Shown here piece after piece: positions 53,916 to 64,000 of a DNA stretch of 64,000 nucleotides. A program made the translations under genes and the position numbers. The notes beneath the pieces were generated by a model, which ran no database searches, was not told the origin of the DNA, and worked only from the letters and a program-made list of their open reading frames with translations. This DNA comes from Lama guanicoe (Eukaryota), in contig MU053810.1 in assembly GCA_013239625.1 (NCBI GenBank), positions 4,248,071-4,312,070 on the forward strand, written 5' to 3'. The first letter of the stretch is position 1. Every line of letters begins with the position of its first letter.

Positions 53916-56167
53916 TGTCTTCACTAAGGCATCACCATTTTATCTTTTGTGTCTCTACTGGTCAATACTACAAATAATCAGATAGAAGGAAAAAGGAAAA
54001 GTGTTCTATGATCCCTCTTTATAGAAGTGGGGGCCAGACATCTGGCAGAAGAAAAGCAGCCAATAGCAGAGGAGGTATCATGGCTGTGGGAGGTGTTATA
54101 AAGGAATCATTATTTTCTAGGTGCAGAGTATAATCCTTCAAAGGCTTGGGTGGTAGAGTTCCAGAATAACCAAGAAAAAGAGTGATTGGTCTCCATTTTA
54201 ACTTGTTGTAATAAGTTTTCCCCATAGAAACACACCTCCAGTTTTATCAGGCACTGTCATGGGTACAGAGTATGCTTCATGAATGTGCTTTGAGGTCAAC
54301 ATTGCTGGAATGGAGCTCTTCCACAAACAAGGGGCAGTCACACATCTGTCATAATACTGGCTGGTGTCCCATCGCTCATGGCCTCTCCTTTCATAAATTT
54401 TACTTCCTTGCAAAGCCATTTTGCAGCAATTGAACTGGAATCTATAATTCAGGGCTTTTTCTCTTGGCTTTGAAACATTTACCTTTCTTCCAATGGAAAA
54501 GAAATAGATGTTGTGTCAAATTCTGGTGTAGAGCACAATTTTTCAGTTCTGCATGAACACACATACATTCATTGTCACATTCTCTTTCTCCAAGACCACA
54601 TGAAATTCCATACCTGTATTTAATGACAGCAATGAGGGGTGAGTTATGACGAGTTCAGTTTGGGGTGAACTTTGCAGCGGTAGAGACCCTGGTTTATGTG
54701 TCCCTCTGCGTGGAAATTATCCTCACTCTGCCGCTAAGTGACTTGATCCTGCCAACTTCTTTCTAACTTTTAAAAGTTCTCCACTTTCAAAACTATGGAG
54801 TGAGAGTGTGTGACAAAAATCAAATCTAAGGGTCCTTTCTGCAGTCAGTTTCCATAATTTCAAGCTTATGTGTCACTGGCTTCATGCTTTTTGGCAAACA
54901 AATGGATTGTCTGTCTGATTTTCCTCTTTTGATATTGAAGTTTCTAAGACTTTTATGAGCTGTGGTCACATGTCAGGCAGGGTCCAGGGACCGTCTCCTC
55001 TAATAGTAGGCATTAGACCAGGCAATAAGTCCCAGCTGTGTTATGACATCCAGTCTGATTCTAACTTTAATTTTATATAAGCTTTTATATCTGTAGGAGA
55101 AAATTTCTTTTTTTTAATGTCCTGATATGTGAAATTATATTTATTATTTTCAACTTTTCTGGGACAGATCCCATGGGCCCTCAGCCTAATGTTCTTCATC
55201 CATAAGCAAAACTCTTTCTAGAGCTAGAAATAATGAATATTCGATAAGTGAGACATCTCCACAATTGCCATGCTTGCATTAACAGTGTGTGTGCTTCGGC
55301 ATCTTGAGAAGTTAATATGTTTTTGCCGAAAGTCATTACAGTTTTTCTATGCGTATATGGATAGCTTTCAGCGAACCATGTATCTTCTGCCCTGTCAGAT
55401 ACGCACAATGGTCTTTAAAAATTAGGAAGCTGATTCTCTCTGATAGCTTCTGAGTAAGTGTTCACTACCCAAGCTTTTAACGTTAGATATAAATTGACAC
55501 TTGAATAGAAAATAGGCTTTAAAAATCTCTCCTCTTACTTAGCTAGCATCTGTTTTGTCGTACTCCAAATAAACATAGGTTAGTATAAAAGATTCATATT
55601 GGGATGCAATGTTCCTGATAGAGAGGTTTGCGGACACTGTGAAACCTTGATTTGCGGTGACAGAGAGCAGCGGTTTTCCACTGTCTCTTGTCAAGCTCCT
55701 GCAGAGGCACCATGGGAGCCACATGGCCCGGGGCACATGGTTCGGCTGTGTCTGCGGTGAGTGCAGAGAAGTTAGCGGTAACACAGATGCACACTGTCAC
55801 AGTAAAGAGGTGCACATGCCCTCTGCTTTTTTTCTTGGCAGGAAAGCTCTAAAACAAGAAGACTGACTAATGAGACTGCTTGGCTCTGAGCAGCGCTAGA
55901 CATTGACTCAGATCACGGCAAGGGAAACCCAGACATGATTTATATTGAAATAACGGACTTGTCACTTTCAGCAGTTTTGGGAGGAGGCATCCTTATGGGC
56001 CAAAATGTTTTCTCTGTATCAGCAAACCAGTGGAGAGCATCAGAGCGTGGTGTTCCAGCTACAGTCGGGGTCAGCTCTTCCTTGTTGTTTAAAATGATCA
56101 CATTGTTTCCTCCCAATTCAGTTATATAGTTTTATTTCCAGAGGAGTTTGTTTGCTATGCTATAAAA

Positions 56168-58570
56168 GATTCAGTCATTTATTCAACAAATATTTATGTC
56201 CATGTTTGAGGCTCTGTCTCAGATCCTGGGCCTGTATTCTTAGGGAGAGACAGAATTAATAAGCAAGTAAGTAAAAGATGTGGTGTGGCAGACTGTGATA
56301 AATGCAATGGAGTGAAATAAAGCAGTGAGTTCAGGTAGGGCCTGCAGGGTGAGGAGAGGGTGCTCTTTTAAATTATGTAATCAGGGAAGGTCTTCCTGAG
56401 TACATGGCATTTGGGCAGTGAGTCAAAGGCAGTAGGGCGAAAGCCATGTGCCTATCTGGGGGAAAGTGATGAGGTTTTGGAGAAGGGTGAGAGTGACAGA
56501 GGTGGTGAGAAGAGACAGGTCCTTCAATTATTTTGGAGGGAGAAATGACAGAATTTTCTTCCAGACTGCATGTGGGGTAAGAGAAAAATGATCAGGGATG
56601 ACTTCAAGACTTTTGGCTGGAGCAGCTATAGGATGGCGTTGTCCTCTACTGGCATGGAGAAGAAAGACTACAAAAGCAAGCTTGGAAAAAGTGGGATGAG
56701 GCATTCTGCTTTAGATCTGTGAAGTCTGAAATGCATATCTGACATGCAAAGAAAGAAGTCAAGTGAGAAGCGTGGACTCTGTTGGAGTGTGGAGTTCAGG
56801 GGCAAGACCTGTGATACAGATGGACTTTGGAGGGTATCTCTGCTTAGAGGGCATTCAGGGCTGTGAGGCTGGATGAGATCATCTAAGGCAGTGATTCTAA
56901 ATGAGTGCCTGCCTCCATCCTTAGAAATGCTTTTCTAAGTTCTCTGTGGTGGGTCCCAGACATTCTGGAAGCCACATGACTGTCATAAGAAGGAGGGAGT
57001 GACCAGCTGTACCAAATGCTGTGAAACAGTCAACCTAATGAAGACTGAGAACTGACCATTGGATTTACCAACATGAGGTCACCGGTGGCTTTTACAAGCA
57101 TTGTATCAATGGCTCTGTGTGGCCATAGCTTGACTGGAATGGATTCAAGGAGTGAAACTGGAGTGAGTCCTGAGAAAACAACTGTTGACAAATTTCTCTA
57201 TTAAAGGGAATGGAGAGGTGGGGAGTCAGCTGGAAGGAGAGATGAGAGTAAGAGAGTTTTATTGTGTAAAGATCGGGGAAATAATACTACTTTTGTATTA
57301 TAGGGGAGCAGAATTTGCCACCCCAAAATGTCTTTGGCAGGTGGATTACTTTGAGCTGAAAACAATAAAGGCTCAAAAGACAAAGGAAGAAACTTTGACC
57401 TTCCCCTTATTGCCTAAAAACATTTCAGATGAAGGGTCTTTTCCCAGAATAGAGTTATCACCAGAGATATCTGCCTAAAATATGGGTCAGGGGTAGTCAG
57501 GCAGGGCCTGGATGTCAGTGTCCACTCTGTGTCCCATTGTCTCTGCGGGGCCCAGCAGACATTTGTTTACCAAACATTTGCTTTTCCTTCTTCATGTGAA
57601 TTACCCTCCTCCCCTTGGAAATCTCAAACCACTAACCCCCACATTTTCTTTTGTCTTTAGCTGAAGATGATATGTAAGGGGAGGGCTTAGGCCATTTTGA
57701 TGAGTTAATTCATTTTTTCCTAGGTCTTGCCTATATATGCACGTTGTTAAACTTTTGCTTGATTTTTCTCCTGTTAATCTGTCTCATCAATTTAATTCTT
57801 GGACCAGCTAGAAGAGCCTAGAAGGGTAGAGGAAATTTTCTGCCTCCTGGACAGTATGCTCTTGGAAATTACCCAGTAGGGAGGAGAAATGATGACGTAG
57901 GAGAAAGAAGGAAGAATGGATGGAACAGCCGTACTGGGTAGGGAAGAGGGGAATGTGTGTACAGTGGATGGTTTGCTCTGGATGGGAGCATGGCTGGTTG
58001 CTCCATCCTAACAGGAGGGGATGTTTGAGTACATGGACCATTTGCAGATAGGTGAATGCTTCTGGTCACCCAGGCTTACAGATGTTTTCTTCTGAGCGCT
58101 TCTGTTTTCTCAGGGAAATAGGAAGCAAGGTCTTTAGATGAGAGAGGGCCTGGGTGGGAGGGGTCAGAGGCTTGAGGAAAGAGCACAGTGTAAAACACAC
58201 ATAAGGAAAATGAGCAAGTCAGTGGACAAGGGAAATGCGGAGTGGATGGGCAGTTCAAGGATTACAGGTTTGGGGGGAGATCAGCAACATGGTAATGTAT
58301 GTGTTTTGCAGCTACATTCAGCTGCTTGTCTGGTACAGAGGACCCGGAGTGTTGGATTCAGTCAGGGTGGAGTCTTCCAGATGAATAGGATGAAGGAAGA
58401 GGGGGCCACAGAGTTGAAGTGATATGCAATCACGTGATTATAATGATGGGCCCTACAAGGTATGCTAGTTGAGGGAAATAGAGAACACCAGGGGGTGAAG
58501 CATGTGAAAAAATGGTAGGGTTACAGCGTTGCCATATCTATAGGGTCAACTAATTGTTGAAGACATGGTT
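56168..58570 (-). mobile_element. Long L2 remnant interrupted by an LTR
   Basis: ATTCAGTCATTTATTCAACAAATATTTAT (L2 3' end) followed by a long purine-rich L2 body. Confidence 0.75.
57299..57853 (+). mobile_element. ERV1-class solo LTR (MER34-like)
   Basis: T(A/G)TAGGGGAGCAGAATTTGCCACCCCAAAATG..AGGGTAGAGGAAATTTTC..GGACA; 4-bp TSD GTAT at 57295-57298 and 57854-57857. Confidence 0.85.
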
Positions 58571-61546
58571 CCAGTAGTTCATTATATCAGGAAACTATCG
58601 TCTATTTCGATAAAAATTAAGCACATTCATCACTGAAGCTGATTTCACTTTGAATCTACTTAATTAAGTTTTCAACCACTAAAATTAGTTAAGTTATGCA
58701 AAAAGGACTACAGCTTTGAGCATTAGTATGCAGTCTTTCACTTACAATTATGAAATGAATATATTAGTGCATAACCTAAAAACAATTAGTGATTGCTAGA
58801 ATACAGCTCAGGAATCTGTCTCTTGTAGAGTAGTAAATTGCCAAAGACACAATTTAACTACACTGATAACTTTTTCAATATTTATGCTTCTTTTTAACTC
58901 CAGTGGTTTGGGAAAATGATGACAAACAACATAATGTATCTCTCCTCCTATTTTGTAAATCACTTTAGTTTTTTCTAAATTGCCCAAAAGGGATTTACTG
59001 TGGTTAAAAAATACTTTTCAAAAATTTAATTGATAAAATTATGTTCTATAAGATGGATGCCAGAGTTATCAAATGCTTGACTTTGATAAGATTTTGTCCA
59101 TTATGCTTCATAATTTCTGTATGTGAATGGGGGTTTAGCCACCCTACAATCTAATCCAATGACCTTTCACTCCCCTGACCTGGAGGGGGCATCTTGGATG
59201 CCTTGCTTCATTGCCTACTTCCCTGATTGGATGAAAACTACCATTTTCTGTTAGCACGAGGACTGGGCATGGTGGCCCATATGTGGTTGTCTCTGTTCAC
59301 ACGGGTCACTTTCCGCGGATTCTGTTTTGACTGGTCCTGGCTTATGTTCTGGTGTCTGATGCTGGAGCCTGCCCACTCATGTACTAAGATGTAATCACAT
59401 CACAGGTGTGCAGGATAACATTAACTTGTTTATCCCTTTCACTAGGATACAATATGGATTCCGGCTCTGCAAAATGGAGTGCCTCTTTCTGGTCTCCAAA
59501 AGTGTAACTTCAACCAGCATGAAATTTTGAATCCATTTAAAAACAACCAAAACACATAGGAAAATACCAGACTTGAGGTTTAACTGAATTCCTGGTTAAG
59601 ATAAGATGACTCAATGCTTGCTACTATTTCTCAATTTGGGACTCTTGTGGTTTCAGTCTTTCCTCACCCTCAGTCTCGTGGTGCATACCAGTGAGAAGGG
59701 TTCAAGATTAAGCTAAAAGTATTCATTATTGTTTTCAAGGTTCTCAAGTCTCTGTCCACCAGACATTGTCTTGCCTTCGTATGAGATCAGTCTGGAGCCT
59801 GCATGAGCCTAATAAGATGGCTTTATACATCCAGTCCTTGACTGACTCTAGTTGAACTTCTCCCTTGAACTACTATGCTTAGATACAGGTCTTTGACAGA
59901 AGTAATATGTTATCTGCATATAACATATACTGCTATGTGGGTTGGATGTCTAAAGTTTTCCTGTTTGAATCATGATTGAAGAAAACAACAGGAAATCCTC
60001 TATTTTTCACATATAATGTGTTCCTAAAGATGTGGGAAAATCAAATGTGGGAAAATTGAAAAGTAGACTTACATGTTACAAGGGATTTCTATTCTCTATA
60101 GAGATTTAACAAATTGTCTCTAATTACATTTTACCTATAAGCTTCCATGATATAGTTTTTACTATTCAGGATGTATCCTTAAATTTTCTTCTTTCTTCAT
60201 AATTGCACAAACATGTTCTTAAAGCTAATAAGCGTTCAGTTGAGGCTAGAGATTCGCTATTTTGTTAAACAATTTGTGTTCCTTATCAGTAGTATCAGAG
60301 TTTTCATTTTTCAGCAGTCATTTCCTTTACAAGATGATTTGGGAGGCTTAGTCATCTACTGATATAAAAGTATGGCTGTTTAAATAACTAACATTACATA
60401 ATTAGTGGTTTCATGAAGACCAGACATGTCACTGTGAAGGCAGGACTACTTACTACTTTCTAAAGCAGACCCCATGAATAAGGGAGAGGAAAGCATTGAA
60501 GGGGGCGAGGACACAGTCGCTGACCCGGGATGGAGGAGGAGGGTGCACGGTGCTCCAAATTCACTTCTCTGTCCATTGAATGGTGGTTGGGAAACTCACT
60601 CACATTTGAACTATGTTTTGTTTTGTTTTGCATGGAGTAGTACACGGAACTAACTTATACCCATTTTATTGATTTACTTTGATTGATTGATTGATTTGCA
60701 GTTGGGAAATGGATTGTCATGGTCATTAAATACAAACAAAATGTGAACTTAAATCTGTGTTCATCACTGAAGGCAGAAGGTGGCCTTCCCGGGAGTTCCT
60801 CCCAACAATATTTCTTGTGCTAAGTATTGAGTACTGGAATGTCTCCTACTTCACTTTGGGTTTTAAGTGTGTTTGTAAATTCTCCTCTTTGTGAGGCATC
60901 GTATAGAGTAGAATATACATAATCATTTAAGTGGGTGGAAGAATGTAAAACTGTGGCTAAGGCCACAATTAACAAATTAATTAGAAAACAATTCAAAAAG
61001 CTTGGGCAGAAATGATGAGACAGGCCAACTGTTCGTTGTGGTGGGAGAGCTTACACTTTTAAATGGACCTCGCCTGGAAGACAGGCCACCTGACACTTGA
61101 ACGTTGAACGTTCTGCATCATAGTCTTAGCTGCTTTCAGCTCATGCTCCATTAAAAAGAAAAAAAATCAAAGAATCAAAGGCAAGGGCACATGTATTCCT
61201 TGAGTTATTATGGTCACTTCAAGAGCCAGCCAAATAATACTATGCTTTATTGAAATGATAGTTTCTTGAACGGAGCAAAATTGTGATGGAACACTGGCTA
61301 GATCCACTCAGTGTTCTGACTCATCTTGGCCTAAGCTGAATCATCTAAAGGAAAGGCCTGAGCCTAGAACAATATTTCAGATTCTAGCTTTCAAAATTTA
61401 TATTGTGCCAAATAAAAAGTGGGACATTATGTGAACTATTTTTGCTTAAAAAATAAAATTTAATTAAAGAAACACTTTGCACCTGAGTGTTCATTGCTGC
61501 ATACAAAATAAAATGTGAGTGTACCTTTTTTACCCATCCTTGATGA

Positions 61547-62043
61547 TAGACACACCTTGTTTGATTGTGCTGCTCTGTTTTGCACTTCACAGATACTGCA
61601 CTTTTTACAAAGTGAAGTTTTGTGGCAACCCGGAGTCCAGCAAGCCCATCAGGGCATCTTTCTGACAGCATTTGCCCACTTCATGTCTCTGTGTCACCAT
61701 CTGGTAATTCTCATAATATTTCAAAATTTTTCATTATTATTATATTTGTTACCGTGATCTGTAATCAGTGATCTTTGATGTTACTATTGCAAAAAAGATT
61801 ATGACTCGCTGAGAGCTCAGATATGGTTAGGTTTTTTAAACAATAAGATATTTTAAAATTAAGGTATACACGTTGATTATTTTAGACACATGGCTATTGC
61901 ACACTTAATACACTACTGTATAGCGTAAACATAGCTTTTATATGCACTGGGAAGCCAAAAAGTTCATGTGATCCACTTTATTGTGATAGTTGCCTTATGG
62001 GGTGACCTCGAACCAAACCTGCAAGATCTCCGAGGTATTCCTG
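61547..62043 (+). mobile_element. Internally deleted Tigger1 (Tigger1a-type) DNA transposon
   Basis: CACTTCACAGATACTGCACTTTTTACAAA..TTTGTGGCAACCC..ATCTCCGAGGTATTCCTG|TA, Tigger1 termini. Confidence 0.85.
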
Positions 62044-62899
62044 TATTCTAGAGCTGAAAGTGTGCTCCATGGATGCCCAGAGATATCTGACCACTGGAAA
62101 TATACCAACAAGGAAGGGAAATGTGCTACTGGAAATATACCAACAGCAGGGAAGGGAAGTGTGCTGTCAGGCTGGTGATTGCCTTCTCATCCCTTCTCAG
62201 AACAGCAAGCGGGCAAGCCACAGCCTTGGCTCTTGTCATTTTTATCTTTTATACCAATTAAGCCCGTTAGTACACTGTCAGTTCAATAGTCTCAAAAGCA
62301 AAATGATTTTTCAAGGTACCGAGGTATCTTTTTCATTGGTTGCCAGACTAATCCGGGGAAAATGAAATCCAGCCACTATAATACATAAATCTCTTGCTTT
62401 TCCAGTTGCCTCTCTAATTATCCTATGACAGGCGCTGATACATGGTGGAATTAGAGGAATTATTCCAGCAGATTTGCCCTTCACTGCAGGCTTCAGGGTT
62501 GTTCCAAGGAACTCATGTGTTAGCACTCTGTTCTTGGAAACAGTGGAGGGTCTGGCACCTGCTGGTTTCCCCGGATGCTAAGGATCACGGGTCTCCATAG
62601 TTGGTAATTAATTCTAGCTTTTAGTCCTCAACTCATTGCCTGGAAGTTTAACTCGAAACAGCATTGACTCGGGTGTGTCACCTTGGCCACCTTTCCTTCT
62701 TTCCTATCTCTTATCACCCCACACCATCTTCTCCTGGTTACTTAAACTGCTGTTTGGGAGAAGGAAGCATTTCTGCTTTCTCCAACCAAAGAAACTGGGT
62801 GTTTATTGAGCTTTATACTTCACTGTTACAAACCACCTAAGCTGAAATCTCTAGATGGGGACAGTGCCGAAGGGTAGATTTGAAGATGAGGGACTTCAC

Positions 62900-63075
62900 T
62901 GGAGGAAGAAGCAACATAGGGGGCAAATTGGAATGACAAATGCTTCTCTCACCAGCTTGTTCATAGACATGACCTCCATAAGTCGGGAACAGTGTCTTAT
63001 TCGTCTTTGTATCTTCAGAACACAGTCCTATGTTTGGCACTTAGGAGTACTCGGTAAGCATTTTATGCACTGAAC
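62900..63075 (+). mobile_element. L2 3' end fragment
   Basis: CTCCATAAGTCGGGAACAGTGTCTTATTCGTCTTTGTATC..TGGCACTTAGG. Confidence 0.55.
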
Positions 63076-63639
63076 AGAACACAGACACACAGCTGAACCA
63101 GGAATGGTGGTCAATTAATCACTGAATACATTTGATGGAGTGATGGGAGAAGAGGAAACAACTTCTTGCCTCTGGTTTTATCCCCAAATATCTCTCCTCT
63201 GAGTCCCTATTTGAAGCTATGTGCTTATATAACTCATTTGCACAATCAGCTCTAAACTGAGCTGCCTTTCAAATCATGGTATATTAACAATTGTCATACC
63301 TATGGGTAGTGGATTATTTGTGTAACTAAAAGTGCCCAGACAAAATAGTTATTTCACATAATCACTTCACAAATATGAAGCATTGCCTGCTATTTGAAAT
63401 GTAATGACTTGTATTTCCAATTCCACTCTGGGTCTGATAGTGCTGGTAATGCGTTTATTGCCGAGGGTGGCTGTAGAGTCTGCAGCTGTTAGTAGATAAA
63501 TCATTATCTTGGAGTTGGCCCTGTTTATCATCTGCCTAGACTTTACAAAGAGTGAAAAAAAAGAAGAAAAAGCTGTCACTCTAGTGACACTATAGTAAGC
63601 CTCCCTGATTTCCAGCAGCCATGAGTACCAAGTAGAACT

Positions 63640-64000
63640 ATTGATTGATTGATTGATTGATTGAAGTATAGTTGATTTACAATGTTGTGTTAGTTTCAGG
63701 TGTACAGCAAAGTGATTTAAACATATATGTGTATGTTATTTTTCAGATTCTTTTCCATTATAGGTTATTACAAAATAGAAGATATTTACTATAGTTCCCT
63801 GTGCTATACAGGAGGTCCTTGTTGTTTATCTATTTTATATATACACTAATGTGTATATGTTAATCCCAAACTCCTAATTTTTCCCTCTCCCACCCTTTCC
63901 CCTTTGGTCATCATAGTTTGTTTTCTATGTCTGTGAGTCTCCTTCTGGTTTGTAAATAAGTTCATTCTTTTTTAGATTCCACATGTAAGAGATATCATAT
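63640..64000 (-). mobile_element. Artiodactyl-type L1 3' end with an (ATTG)n tail, running off the window edge
   Basis: (attg)6 then AAGTATAGTTGATTTACAATGTTGTG..TTAGATTCCACATGTAAGAG. Confidence 0.85.

Overview
Mammalian genomic DNA, very probably camelid: four tRNA-derived SINEs match the camelid Vic-1 type, and young artiodactyl-type L1 3' ends are present. The window is intergenic or deep-intronic and repeat-rich (L1, L2, MIR, MaLR/ERVL/ERV1 solo LTRs, MER5, Tigger1). I can support no intact protein-coding gene. Two minus-strand processed pseudogenes are clear: a KCTD1 retrocopy (9131-11078, perfect 15-bp TSD) and an OLA1 retrocopy (~29861-31629, one 2-nt frameshift). The most unusual observation is a 163-nt GT-initiated, intron-like insert in the KCTD1 retrocopy exactly at the DDFK|DYTL junction, which suggests a fossilised mis-spliced, PTC-containing mRNA. 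Also noted are a twin-primed 5'-inverted L1, several nested insertions with TSDs, and CpG-retaining unique segments that may be regulatory or lncRNA exons. I found no convincing new multi-gene system. Repeat subfamily names and protein comparisons are from memory, and the boundaries of old repeats are approximate.
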